Part shown: one piece after another, positions 42,706-52,545 of the stretch
Position numbering within the stretch: position 1 is the stretch's first letter
How the letters are laid out: each line of letters begins with the position of its first letter
Source of the DNA: Polyangiaceae bacterium
Lineage (GTDB): Bacteria > Myxococcota_A > Polyangia > Polyangiales > Polyangiaceae
Length of the DNA: 64,000 bases
Direction of reading: 5' to 3'
NCBI GenBank assembly: GCA_022842465.1
Contig: JALHPN010000002.1
Span: 40,391 to 104,390, forward strand
Translations under genes and position numbers: made by a program
Notes under the pieces: model-generated
The model's database searches: none
The model's input: only the letters and a program-made list of their open reading frames with translations
Told to the model about the DNA's origin: nothing

Positions 42706-42935
42706 GCGCCCTCCTCGGGGTGCGGCCACGAGGCCCAGACGAGGTCGAGGTCCGTCCCCAGGCCGCGCTCGTCCCCACCGCGCTCGTCGCCGCGCTCCTC
42801 GTCGCGGGGCTCGTCGCCGGGTGGCGGCGCATCCGCGGGAAGGCCGCGGTCGAACGGGCGGACGCGCTCCTCGCCGCGGAGATCGGACGGCTCCGCCGGC
42901 CCTCGGACCGCGACCGCGGGTCGACTCCCCCATGA
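42702..42935 (+). CDS. Small single-TM hypothetical protein (77 aa)
   Basis: ATGA overlap with the upstream stop; TM LVPTALVAALLVAGLVAGWRR. Confidence 0.6.
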   Translation: MSALLGVRPRGPDEVEVRPQAALVPTALVAALLVAGLVAGWRRIRGKAAVERADALLAAEIGRLRRPSDRDRGSTPP

Positions 42936-43051
42936 CATCGCTGTCGTGGGGGCCGGTACCGGATGCGGACAGGCCGCGCCGAGCCCCGAGCGTTCGCCGG
43001 TTTCTTCGCGGAAATCGGCCCTAGGGGTAGCGTCGGCCTGCGCCATGGGGA

Positions 43052-43067
43052 CGGCGCGCCGATTGCT
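43052..43067 (+). promoter_or_regulatory. Putative sigma54 -24/-12 promoter (CGGCGCGCCGATTGCT)
   Basis: GG-N10-GC spacing with TTGCT; close to the consensus TGGCACG-N4-TTGC; 20 nt upstream of the small ORF. Confidence 0.6.
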
Positions 43068-43087
43068 ACTCCTCTCCCCGCGCCGCC

Positions 43088-43171
43088 ATGAACCACGACG
43101 TCCTTCGCATGCTGCTTCCGCTCTGGGGTGTTGCCTTCGTTGCCGGGTTCGTGTTGACGGTCGCGAGGTAG
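43088..43171 (+). CDS. Putative 27-aa hydrophobic small protein MNHDVLRMLLPLWGVAFVAGFVLTVAR
   Basis: ATG...TAG read directly; one TM-length hydrophobic stretch; promoter-like motif upstream and hairpin downstream. Confidence 0.5.
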   Translation: MNHDVLRMLLPLWGVAFVAGFVLTVAR

Positions 43172-43314
43172 CCCCCGCTCTCGCGTGGATCGGCCCGGAT
43201 CGCGGGAGGCTCCTCATGCGAAGGTTCACGTCGCACGTGTAGGCGTTCGTGTGTCCCTCGTGATCCCGGACGGTTCCGGGGGACGCGGGTTTGATGTGAT
43301 GGGAATTTTCCAGT

Positions 43315-43330
43315 AGGAACGTCCTTTGCG
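43315..43330 (+). promoter_or_regulatory. Putative sigma54 promoter (AGGAACGTCCTTTGCG) within direct repeat GGAACGTCCTT x2
   Basis: GG-N10-GC with TTGC; AT-rich tract just upstream; GGAGG RBS at 43344-43348. Confidence 0.5.
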
Positions 43331-43354
43331 GAACGTCCTTCCCGGAGGTTCCCC

Positions 43355-45238
43355 ATGCACGTTTCTCCTCTCGACCGTCGCTTCGCCGCGCTCGTCTCGC
43401 TGCTCGGCGCGTGTGCCGTGGCGATCCCGGAGTGGACGCCGGCTCCGGCGCCGGCGGGTGCGGGCCAGGACGGTGACGGCTGCGCGCCCGGCAAGTCTCC
43501 GCCGCTCGCGTCGAACCCGCTCGCCACGTGCGCGAAGCACGACGAGGTGCACGTCCCCGATCTCACCGCCCTGGGCTCTGCCGAAGGCACGTCGCTGAGG
43601 ACGGCCAGCGTGCGTCCCCTCGACAACGGCGCGCCGATGGCCGCCGCGGCCCCGAGGAGCTGCGCCTCGAAGGTCGGTCCCGGCGTCGCCACGTGCGGCG
43701 CGGCCGGCGACCAGGACTGCTGCAAGGTCGCTCGCGTCCCCGGCGGCAAGGCGGGGACGATCTCCGTCGCGGCCTTCGACCTCGGCGTCTACGAGGTCAC
43801 CTCGGGCCGCTTCGCGGCGTTCGTCGCCGCGACGGGCGGCAACCTCCGCAAGGCCGCCGAGGACGGGAAGTGGCCGGGATGGAAGGCGGGCTACACCGCG
43901 AAGCTCGCGGCCTCGCGCGCGGAGATCGACGCCGAGCTCGGCCCGAAATGCACGAATCGGAGCAACGTGCGCGACTTCGGCGCGCTCACGTGGCCGTCGG
44001 CAGACGTCGAGGCTGCGGTCGACTCACTCATCACCGATGCGAACGCGCGAGCCGCCGACATCCGCGCCGACGCGCGCGCCGATCGTCTCCACCAGAAGCC
44101 GATCAACTGCACGAGCTTCTGGACTGCAGCCGCCTTCTGCGCCTGGGACGGCGGGCGCCTCCCCTCGCCCGACGAGTGGGCCTTCGCGGCGATGGGCGGC
44201 GACGAGAACCGGAAGTACCCGTGGGGCGCCGACCTCACGCGGGACAAGGTCGTCACCGACATCGGGATGAAGGGTGACTTCACCTGGCCGGAGGACTTCC
44301 CGTTCTCGGGCAACGGCATGAACGCCTACCACATCGCGCCGCCGGGTCGGAAAGCGGGCGACCGTGCGCGGTGGGGCCATCAGGACATGGGCGGAAACCT
44401 CGTCGAGTGGACCGACGCCGGGAACGTCGAGCTCACGACGACCGTGCGCGGCGGATCATGGGAGGGACACCCGCCTGAGAACACGACCGTCTACGGGAAC
44501 TACCCGAACGACCGCACCTATGGCTCGCTCGGCTTCCGGTGTGCGTACGGGGCCGCGCCGATCGCCGCGCCGCCGCCGCCGCCGCCGCCCGCTCTGGTGG
44601 ACGTGCGGAAGAACCTCGATCCGAACGAGCCGGTCGCCTTCCGGATCCCGAGCACGGCGCCCGCGGGAGGAGGCGTCGCGCTCTTCGCGTGCGCTGGCTT
44701 CGCCTCGAACGACGCGACGTGCGGAGGGCAGGGCGCGGGAAAGGCCCTCGGCTTCGCGTATGCGACCGCGGCGACGGGGCTCCTCCCGATCTACCGGTGC
44801 GGCGCGATCTCGACGACGCTGCCGGACGTCTGCGCCCGCGCGAACCAGCCCATCGCGGGGACGACGGGCTTCGCGATCCCCGGCCCGCCGAGCGCGTGGC
44901 TCCGCGGCGTCTACCAGGCCGCCCTCGCGCGTGACGTCGACGTCGTCGGACACGAGGGGTGGCTCACGCTCGTCGACCGCGGCGGATGCGGCACGGCGAC
45001 GCTCGGACAGGTCACGCGCGGGGTCCTCCTCTCGCCGGAGCTCGCCGCCCGAGGCCTCTCGAACGAGGCGAAGGTCGAGGCGCTCTATCGCGCGGGGCTC
45101 TCTCGCGCGCCCGATGCCCAGGGCGGGCCGGCGGCGGCTTTGCACCTCGCGTCGGGTCTCCCGTTCTCCGCGCTCGTCGACGGCCTCGTAGGATCTCCGG
45201 AGTTCGCTTCGCTGAGCGCGGCACGCTGCTCGCTCTAG
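43355..45238 (+). CDS. Lipoprotein with FGE-sulfatase (SUMF1/C-type lectin-like) domain and C-terminal DUF4214-like domain
   Basis: Lipobox LGAC; PINCTSFWTAAAFCAWDGGRLPSPDEW, DMGGNLVEW, VRGGSW, GFRCA; LYRAGLSRAPDAQG, VGSPEF. Confidence 0.87.
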   Translation: MHVSPLDRRFAALVSLLGACAVAIPEWTPAPAPAGAGQDGDGCAPGKSPPLASNPLATCAKHDEVHVPDLTALGSAEGTSLRTASVRPLDNGAPMAAAAPRSCASKVGPGVATCGAAGDQDCCKVARVPGGKAGTISVAAFDLGVYEVTSGRFAAFVAATGGNLRKAAEDGKWPGWKAGYTAKLAASRAEIDAELGPKCTNRSNVRDFGALTWPSADVEAAVDSLITDANARAADIRADARADRLHQKPINCTSFWTAAAFCAWDGGRLPSPDEWAFAAMGGDENRKYPWGADLTRDKVVTDIGMKGDFTWPEDFPFSGNGMNAYHIAPPGRKAGDRARWGHQDMGGNLVEWTDAGNVELTTTVRGGSWEGHPPENTTVYGNYPNDRTYGSLGFRCAYGAAPIAAPPPPPPPALVDVRKNLDPNEPVAFRIPSTAPAGGGVALFACAGFASNDATCGGQGAGKALGFAYATAATGLLPIYRCGAISTTLPDVCARANQPIAGTTGFAIPGPPSAWLRGVYQAALARDVDVVGHEGWLTLVDRGGCGTATLGQVTRGVLLSPELAARGLSNEAKVEALYRAGLSRAPDAQGGPAAALHLASGLPFSALVDGLVGSPEFASLSAARCSL

Positions 45239-46290
45239 CGGAGCCCGCGGCCCTTCCTCGTCGCGCGAGGGAGGGCCGTCGCGCTGGTCGCGACGAGGTC
45301 CCACGCGTCGCGCTCGCCCGCGGCGAGCCGGACGGCCCCGGCGTAGGCGATCATCGCCGCGTTGTCGGTGCAGCTCGCGACCTCCGGGACGTACGCGCGG
45401 ATCCCGTGCGCGCGCGCGAGCTCCGCCGTCCGCGCGCGGAGCTCGCGGTTGGCGGCGACGCCGCCGCCGAGGACGACGGCGGTGACGCCCTCACGGACGG
45501 CGGCGGCGACGAGCTTCTTCGCGAGGACGCCCGTGACGCTCGCCTGGAAGGACGCGCACAGATCCGCGAGCCCCTTCTCGGTAGAGGGGACACCCCTCTC
45601 GCGGACGAGCGAGGCGACCTGCGTCTTGATCCCCGAAAAGCTCATGTCGAGCGACGTCGTGTGGCTCATCGGAGCGGGGAGGGGGACCGCCTTCGGATCT
45701 CCGTCCTTCGCGAGCCGATCGATCGCGGGCCCGCCGGGGTACCCGAGCCCGAGCAGCTTGGCGACCTTGTCGAAGGCCTCTCCGGCGGCGTCGTCGCGCG
45801 TGCCGCCGAGCTCCTTCACGCGGCTCGCGCTCGGCCCGTCGACCCGGTAGATCGCCGTGTGGCCGCCCGACGCGAGGAGGGCGACGAAGGGGAAGGGCGG
45901 AACCTCGTGCTCTCCCTCGCCGCGCCTGAGGAACACCGCGAGCAGGTGGCCGACGAGGTGATCGACCCCGACGAAGGGGGTCTCGTTCGCCCAGGCGAGG
46001 CCCTTCGCGAGCTGCACGCCGACGAGGAGCGCGCCGACGAGCCCCGGACGATTCGTCACCGCGATTCCGTCGAGATCCTTCGCCTCGAGACCGGCGCGGG
46101 CGAGGGCCTCCCTGACGACGTGGCCCGCGTTCCGGAGGTGATCGCGCGAGGCGAGCTCGGGGATGACGCCGCCGTACGTCGCGTGGAGCTCCACCTGGCT
46201 CTGGACGACGTCCGAGAGCACCCGGCCGTTCTCGTCCACGACCGCGGCGCCGGTCTCGTCGCAGGAGGACTCGATGCCGAGCACCCTCAC
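45235..46290 (-). CDS. tsaD: tRNA N6-adenosine threonylcarbamoyltransferase TsaD
   Basis: VLGIESSCDETG, GGVIPELASRDH, HLVGH, SGGHT, DDAAGEAFDKVAK, YPGGP, GGVAAN, CTDNAAMIA. Confidence 0.97.
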   Translation of the reverse strand: MRVLGIESSCDETGAAVVDENGRVLSDVVQSQVELHATYGGVIPELASRDHLRNAGHVVREALARAGLEAKDLDGIAVTNRPGLVGALLVGVQLAKGLAWANETPFVGVDHLVGHLLAVFLRRGEGEHEVPPFPFVALLASGGHTAIYRVDGPSASRVKELGGTRDDAAGEAFDKVAKLLGLGYPGGPAIDRLAKDGDPKAVPLPAPMSHTTSLDMSFSGIKTQVASLVRERGVPSTEKGLADLCASFQASVTGVLAKKLVAAAVREGVTAVVLGGGVAANRELRARTAELARAHGIRAYVPEVASCTDNAAMIAYAGAVRLAAGERDAWDLVATSATALPRATRKGRGLR

Positions 46291-46793
46291 AGCTCGCAGG
46301 GCCCTTCGCGACGCTGGAGCGTGAAGACGCCGAAGAGCGGCGGCGTCGCCGGAGGGCCCTCCTGCGGCGCGCCACGCATCATCCGGACCTCGACCTCGCC
46401 GCTCTGCATGAGCGAGACGATCGCCATCACGTCGACGCCCGGACCGCCGTCCTCCTCTGGCGTCGCCACGTAGAGCAGGTTCCGGCGCCGACCGTCGCCG
46501 AAGGAGAGCGTCGAGATCGGATCGTGCCACACCTGCGGGATGGGCCGGAGGGCCGTCCCGCGGAAGCGCCCGTCGCTCGTCGTGATCGTGCCCGGCGCGT
46601 CCTGGAGGCGCGTCGTGTCGAGCGTGAGGCAGAGGCGCGTCCCGAAGGCGACGCCGCTCCGGACGAAGCTCCCCGCGACCACGGCGCCGACGTAGTGGTC
46701 GCGCCCGCGCGTGTCGAACGCATCGACGTCCCGGCAGGCGGACGCGGACGCCAGGACGAGCGCGAGGGTGACCGAGGCGCTTGCGCGGTTCAT
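46287..46793 (-). CDS. Hypothetical lipoprotein
   Basis: Lipobox ASAC; start/stop overlaps on both sides. Confidence 0.8.
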   Translation of the reverse strand: MNRASASVTLALVLASASACRDVDAFDTRGRDHYVGAVVAGSFVRSGVAFGTRLCLTLDTTRLQDAPGTITTSDGRFRGTALRPIPQVWHDPISTLSFGDGRRRNLLYVATPEEDGGPGVDVMAIVSLMQSGEVEVRMMRGAPQEGPPATPPLFGVFTLQRREGPCEL

Positions 46794-49700
46794 TTCCCCG
46801 AACGGACGCGCACCGCCGTCTCACGGACGCGAGGCTCCGGATCCGACTCGGCCATCTTCGCGGCGAGCGAGGCCGCCGATCCCTTGTCGTACGTCGCGAC
46901 CGCGAGGAGGGCCGCCTCTCGCACGAGCGCGTAGCTCTCCTTCGTCGCGGCCTCGACGAGGCGCGGCGTGGCCTCGTTCCCTGCGCCGGCCCTGCCGAGG
47001 CGACCGAGCGCCTGCGCCGCGAGGACACGCATCGCCCAGCTCTCGTGCCCGCGCATCACCTTCGTGACCGCGAGGACGGCGCGGGCGCCCCCGCCCTTGC
47101 CGATCGACGCGAGCGCGACGCGCTGCACGGCCTCGTTCGGATCGGTCACGGCCGAGGCGATCGCCGCCGTCGCCGCATCCGACGACGAGCGCGCGAGGAG
47201 GGCGATCGCCTTGTTGCGCACGACCGGGTCGGGGTGACGCGAGAGCTCGACGATGCCGGGCTCGAGGGCGACCGCGATCTCCTTCGCCTTCGCGCGTGCC
47301 GGCGCGAGCTCGGGCTCCTCGCCCTCCCCGAGGAGAGGCTCGAGAGCGCCTTCGCGCGTCGAGAAGGCATCGAGGACCGCCCGCGCGCGCTCGGTCGAGG
47401 TCGCGAGCGCGCTCTGCGCCGAGCGCTCGATCGCTTTCGCATGGGTGAGGACGGCGGCGGCGCGATCCTTCGGCGCGAGCCCGCGCGGCACGAGCTGGTC
47501 GAGGGTCGACTCCGCGTCCACGCCGTCGCTCGGGACGGGGAGGGGGTCGGGCCGCGCATCCGACGCGCCCTTCGTCGCGAGGAGCACGAGCGCCGCCGCG
47601 CCGGCCTGGCGGAGAGCCGCGTCGTTCCGCGCGCCGCGTCCGATCTCCGTGTCTCCCGCGAAGAGGGAGTCCGTGATCGCGAAGAGGGCCGCGCGCCCGC
47701 CCGGGGCCTCGCCCTTCGGCGCGCCCAGCCTCGCGAGCGCGAGGACCGCCATCTGCCTCGGGAGCACGTCGGTGCCCTCCGCGATCGTGACGAGGGTCGT
47801 CGCTTCTGCCGGGTCGCCGAGCTCTCCGAGCGCATACGCCGCTGCGGCCCGCGCGGGGGCGCCGACGTCCGGAGACCGCGCGGACTGCACGAGGAGAGCC
47901 TGCGAGCCCTTGTCCCTGAGCGCGCCGATCCCGAGCAGCGCGAACGCCCGCATGCTCGGCGTCCCGCTCCCCGCGACCCGGCGGAGGAGGGGGATTGCCC
48001 GCTTGTCTCCGAGCTTCGCGACCGCCCAGCTCGCGGCGACCGCGACGTCGTCGGAGCCCATCGCGCCCTCGCCGTCCTGCTTCGGGAAGAGCAGCTGCTC
48101 GTACTTCGGGAGGAGGGCCGTGTCGCGGAGCGCGCCGCACGCCAGCATCGCGCGCGTGCGGAGGGTCGCCTCGCCCTGGCCCGTCGCGAAGGCGAAGAGG
48201 GCGGGGCCTGCGTTCTTGTTCTGCACGTAGCCGAGCACGTCGATCGCGACGCGCTGCTGCCCCGCGTCCCCGTCCGCGAGCGCGTCCAAGAGCGGCTTCA
48301 CCGCGCGGCCGCCGATGCGGGCGAGGGCCACGCGCGCGTCGTCCGCGTCCTTCCCGGTGCCGTGCTTGACGCGCTGCACGAGCGCGAACGTGAGGTTGCC
48401 GTAGATGTCGACGAGGAGCCGCCGGTAGACCTTCTTCTGCGGGTTGCCGATCGCGAGCGGGAGGAGCTCCTGCTCGAGCGACTCGAGCGTCCCCTTCCCG
48501 AGGTTGATCTGCATGGACAGCCGCGAGGCGCGCGAGACCAGCTCCTCGTCGGGCGCGGCCCGGATGACGCGCCGGAAGAGGCGATCGGCCTCGTCGCTCT
48601 GCCCCTTGGCGAGCAAGAGGTCGGCGAGCTCGAGGTAGACGATGAAGAGGCGGTCGTTCTTCTGGATCGCCGCGCGGAACTCGACGATGGCGCGCTCGGC
48701 GTCTTGCCGCTGGCGGTACATCTCGCCGAGGCGTCGGTGTCCCTCGGCGTCGTCCGGGTTCAGCTCGACGGCGCGCGCGGCGTACTTGATCGCGTCGTCG
48801 TCCTTGTTCACCTGGAACGCGTACTGCGCCATGCGCTGGTAGAGCTGGCGTGCGCTCTTCGGATCGACGGAGACGAGCTTCTCGAGGACGGCGATCGCCT
48901 CGACGAGCTTGTTCTGCTGGACGAGCACGCGTTCGAGGGCGAGGTAGCTGCCTTCGTCCCCCGGGGCGGCCTCGATGACCTTCCGGAGCGTCGCCTCCGC
49001 GTCGGGGAGCTTCCGGAGGTGGAGCTGCACCTCGGCCAGCATGCGCCCCGCCTCGACGTCCGGCGGCCGCTGCGCGAACTTCGCGACGAGCGGCTGCACC
49101 TGCTGCTCGAGCACGCGCTCGAACGACCACAGCGTGACGATGCGCGACCGCGCCTCGCGCGCGAGGAGCTTGTCGTTTCCGGCTTTCGCCTTCTCCGAGA
49201 GCTCCTGCCAGAGCGTGCGCGCCTCGCGGAAGCTCTTGGCGCGCTCGAGCGCGCTCGCGAGCTGCTTCTTCGCGGGGATGCTCGCCGGGTCGAGCTGCAC
49301 GGCCTCCCGGAACGCCGCGAGCGCGTCCTGCGTCATGTCGTGCTCGAGGTACACCTCGCCGAGCGCCGCGAGCGCGCGCGCGCGCGGCTGCACCGTGGTG
49401 AGGATGCGCTTCCAGGTCTGCACCGCGAGCGGCACGTTGCCGTCCTGGAAGTAGCGATCGCCGAGGTCCACGAGGTGCCCTGGGTCGCTCCCGCCGACCT
49501 GCGCGAGCCGCGTGAGCACGCGGAGCGACCTCTCGTTCTCGCCGATGCGCCCGTAGAAGTCGGCGAGGCGGGACAGGACCTCGTCGTCGGTCTGACCGCG
49601 GGCCTCGAGCTCGCCGAGGAGGCGGAGCGCGCGCGTGCGATCCCCCCGCTGCATGAGCGCCTCGCACTGCTCGAACACGAACGTCGGGTTGTTCGGGGCC

Positions 49701-50893
49701 GCCCGGATGAGGGCCTCGTACTCGGCGATCGCCTTGTCGAGCTCGCCCTGCGATTGCAGGACGCGGATCATCTTGAGGCGGAGGTCGATGTGCCGCGGGT
49801 TCACCGCGAGCGCCTTCTTGTACGTCTCGAGCGCCTTCGTGCTGTCGCCCGTCTCCTCGTAGAGCGCGCCGAGCAGCGCGAGCCGCGCGAAGTCGCCCGG
49901 GCGCTCGTCCTCGAGCTGCTTGATGAGCGTCGGGAGCTGCTGATCCGCGCGGTACACCTCGGTGATCGTCTCGTAGATCGTCGCGCGAACCGCGGCCTCC
50001 GCTCCGGCGACCTGGAGGGCGCGCTTCAGCGTGGCGAGCGCCTCCTGGTTCTTGTGCGCCTTCGCCTGCGCCTTGCCGAGGTCGGTGAGCGCGGGCGCGA
50101 GCGTGCGGTTGTCGCCGGTCGCCGCGGCGACGAGATCCTTGAGCTCGGTCTCTGCCTTTTCGTACTCGCCCCGCTGGAAGAGCTCGCGCCCGAGCGACCC
50201 CTTCACGAGGAGACTCGTCGGCTGGAGCTTCACGAGCTGCGTGTGAAACTGCTTCGCGCCGGGGTAGTCCTTCGCCTCGAGGGCGAGGGTCATGAGCGTC
50301 TGGAGCGTCTGCTCCTTCTGGGAGCTCTCGGTCTGGAGGGCGAGCGCCTCCTCGTAGCGCTTCCGCGCGGCGGCGACGTCCCCGCGATCCTGGAGGAGCT
50401 GGGCGAGCGCCAGGAGCGCGACCGGATCGCTCCCCTTCAGCGCGATCGCCTTCTCGAACGTCTTCACCGCCTCGTCGGCGCGGCCGTCGATCTTGTAGAT
50501 GCTGGCGAGCACGACCGTCGCGGCGTACGCGTCTGCCTGGGCGGCGCGGCCCTCGAAGTCCTTCACGAGGTTCGTGATGTTGCCGTCCCGATCGCGATAG
50601 AGCTGCGCGAGACGTGAGACGGGGAAGGGGTCCCCCGGCTTGGCGAGGACGATCTTCGTGTAGCGCTCGATGAGGGCGTTCGCCGACGCACCGGCGTCCG
50701 GGCTCGCGGGCCTCCCTGCGGGGGCGGGACCACCAGGTCGCGCGGGGCCGGGCCTGCCAGGACCTGGCTTCGCCGGGCCGGCCGGTGGCTTCTTCCTCCC
50801 GCGCGGGTCGAAGTCCTGCGCCGCGGCGTCCCGCGCGAGGACGGTCAGCGCGAGGGCGAGGGACGTGAGCGCGGTCAGCCGGCGGAGACGCAC
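46790..50893 (-). CDS. Very large exported TPR + HEAT-repeat protein
   Basis: Signal peptide (LALTVLARDAAAQ), Pro-rich linker, long TPR array, then HEAT-like repeats (VRNKAIALLA, VREAALLAV); start 50893 or 50929. Confidence 0.9.
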   Translation of the reverse strand: MRLRRLTALTSLALALTVLARDAAAQDFDPRGRKKPPAGPAKPGPGRPGPARPGGPAPAGRPASPDAGASANALIERYTKIVLAKPGDPFPVSRLAQLYRDRDGNITNLVKDFEGRAAQADAYAATVVLASIYKIDGRADEAVKTFEKAIALKGSDPVALLALAQLLQDRGDVAAARKRYEEALALQTESSQKEQTLQTLMTLALEAKDYPGAKQFHTQLVKLQPTSLLVKGSLGRELFQRGEYEKAETELKDLVAAATGDNRTLAPALTDLGKAQAKAHKNQEALATLKRALQVAGAEAAVRATIYETITEVYRADQQLPTLIKQLEDERPGDFARLALLGALYEETGDSTKALETYKKALAVNPRHIDLRLKMIRVLQSQGELDKAIAEYEALIRAAPNNPTFVFEQCEALMQRGDRTRALRLLGELEARGQTDDEVLSRLADFYGRIGENERSLRVLTRLAQVGGSDPGHLVDLGDRYFQDGNVPLAVQTWKRILTTVQPRARALAALGEVYLEHDMTQDALAAFREAVQLDPASIPAKKQLASALERAKSFREARTLWQELSEKAKAGNDKLLAREARSRIVTLWSFERVLEQQVQPLVAKFAQRPPDVEAGRMLAEVQLHLRKLPDAEATLRKVIEAAPGDEGSYLALERVLVQQNKLVEAIAVLEKLVSVDPKSARQLYQRMAQYAFQVNKDDDAIKYAARAVELNPDDAEGHRRLGEMYRQRQDAERAIVEFRAAIQKNDRLFIVYLELADLLLAKGQSDEADRLFRRVIRAAPDEELVSRASRLSMQINLGKGTLESLEQELLPLAIGNPQKKVYRRLLVDIYGNLTFALVQRVKHGTGKDADDARVALARIGGRAVKPLLDALADGDAGQQRVAIDVLGYVQNKNAGPALFAFATGQGEATLRTRAMLACGALRDTALLPKYEQLLFPKQDGEGAMGSDDVAVAASWAVAKLGDKRAIPLLRRVAGSGTPSMRAFALLGIGALRDKGSQALLVQSARSPDVGAPARAAAAYALGELGDPAEATTLVTIAEGTDVLPRQMAVLALARLGAPKGEAPGGRAALFAITDSLFAGDTEIGRGARNDAALRQAGAAALVLLATKGASDARPDPLPVPSDGVDAESTLDQLVPRGLAPKDRAAAVLTHAKAIERSAQSALATSTERARAVLDAFSTREGALEPLLGEGEEPELAPARAKAKEIAVALEPGIVELSRHPDPVVRNKAIALLARSSSDAATAAIASAVTDPNEAVQRVALASIGKGGGARAVLAVTKVMRGHESWAMRVLAAQALGRLGRAGAGNEATPRLVEAATKESYALVREAALLAVATYDKGSAASLAAKMAESDPEPRVRETAVRVRSGK

Positions 50894-50933
50894 TCCTCCA
50901 GCGTAGCCGGGATCCCTCCCCCTCTCCACCTCG

Positions 50934-52433
50934 TCAGCCGGCAGCGCGGGCGAGCTCGACGGCGCAGAAGAACGCCGCCGCGGCGATCGCGGACGTGACG
51001 AGCGCGCCCCGCACCCCGCCCGCCTCGTCCCCTTCCCACTGGCGGACGGCGTGCTTGACGCGACTGCCGCCGACGAGCGCGGCGGCGACGGCCATCGCGC
51101 CCTGGGCCACGAGGTTGAACGTCCCCGTCGCGGCCGCGAAGAACCGCGCGACGGGCCAGCCGTCCGGGCGATGGAAGACGGCCATCAGCACGGCGACCCC
51201 GAGGAGGGCTGCGACGCCCACGCCGCTGATCGCGACGACGCGCCCCGTGGGCGCACCCTCCCCGAGGTCCTCGGTCGCGGCGAGCTCGCGGACGGGCGCC
51301 CGTCGCGTCGCGCTCGGATGGGCCGCCGTGGCGTGTCCGCCGCGCGAGAACGGCGAGACGGCTGCAGGGGCGCCGCGCTCGGGAGGCGCGTCGATCGGCA
51401 CCGCGATCGGCAAGCGCTCGGACGGAGGCGCCTCGCGCGGCGCGTCGACCTCGGTGCGGCTCGCCCCGAAGTCCCTCGTCGCGAGCCAGGGGAGGCCGGG
51501 AGAGGCCGGGATGTCGAGCTCCGGGATCGCGCCGACGACCGAGGGCACGACCGATCGGCGCTGGGTCGGCTCGATCTCGGCTCCGTCGAGCGCGTGGCGC
51601 AGGTCTCGCGCGAGCTCGGCGGCCGTGGGGTACCGGTCGTCGGGCTTCTTCCGGAGGCAGCGCTCGACGACCCGGGAGAGCGACGCGGGGACCGACGGCG
51701 CGACGCTCGCGAGCGTGGGCGCGTCGTCGGTCACGATCGCGACGAAGAGCGCCGGAGCCTCCGTCTGCGCGAAGGGCAGCCGCCCGGAGAGGACCTCGAA
51801 GAGCATGACGCCGAGGGCCCAGATGTCGCTCCGGGCGTCGGCGTCGCGCGCGCCTCTCACCTGCTCCGGCGGCATGTACGCGGGCGTCCCCATCATCACG
51901 CCTACGTCGGTCGCGCGGATGTCGGTCGTGTGGACCTTCGAGATCCCGAAGTCGAGCAGCTTTGGAACGGTCTTCGTCCCGACCCTCGACACGAAGACGT
52001 TGTCTGGCTTGATGTCGCGGTGCACGACGCCGCGGGCGTGCGCCTCGGCGACGGCGTCGATGATCGGCAGGACGAGCCCCTCCACCTCGTCGAGCGAGAG
52101 GGTGCCGCCCTTCTTCGCGAGGTGGTGCGCGAGGTCGTCGCCGTCGAGGAGCTCCTGCACGAGGAAGGGGACGCCGTCCTCGGTCTTGCCGAGATCGACG
52201 ACGTCGACCACGTTCGCGTGGCGCACGAGGTTCGCGGTGCGCGCCTCGCGGAGGAAGCGGTCGACGACGCCTTCGTTCTCGGCGTGCTCGGACCGGAGCA
52301 GCTTGATCGCCACGGCACGACCGACCTGCTCGTTCACCGCGCGGTACACGTAGCCCATCGCACCGGCCCCGAGGAGCGCCTCGAGCCGGTACTTGCCGGC
52401 GAGCAGCTGTCCGACGCGGGGGTCCTCGGCCAC
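50934..52433 (-). CDS. Ser/Thr protein kinase with three C-terminal hydrophobic helices
   Basis: GAGAMG, VAIK, HRDIKPDN, DFGISK, GTPAYMPPEQ. Confidence 0.94.
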   Translation of the reverse strand: MAEDPRVGQLLAGKYRLEALLGAGAMGYVYRAVNEQVGRAVAIKLLRSEHAENEGVVDRFLREARTANLVRHANVVDVVDLGKTEDGVPFLVQELLDGDDLAHHLAKKGGTLSLDEVEGLVLPIIDAVAEAHARGVVHRDIKPDNVFVSRVGTKTVPKLLDFGISKVHTTDIRATDVGVMMGTPAYMPPEQVRGARDADARSDIWALGVMLFEVLSGRLPFAQTEAPALFVAIVTDDAPTLASVAPSVPASLSRVVERCLRKKPDDRYPTAAELARDLRHALDGAEIEPTQRRSVVPSVVGAIPELDIPASPGLPWLATRDFGASRTEVDAPREAPPSERLPIAVPIDAPPERGAPAAVSPFSRGGHATAAHPSATRRAPVRELAATEDLGEGAPTGRVVAISGVGVAALLGVAVLMAVFHRPDGWPVARFFAAATGTFNLVAQGAMAVAAALVGGSRVKHAVRQWEGDEAGGVRGALVTSAIAAAAFFCAVELARAAG

Positions 52434-52545
52434 GGCCTCCGACGATACAGGTCGGTCGACGGGCCCGTCTCGCGCATTTCAGCCTCGCCGTGGCGCGCAC
52501 ATCCGGTCACCGAGGCCATCGACGGCGTGGTAACCCCCGGGGTGC

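Noticed and set aside
44400-44545. FGE-sulfatase C-terminus as a diversity-generating retroelement variable region
   Set aside because: No reverse transcriptase and no template repeat seen in the window.
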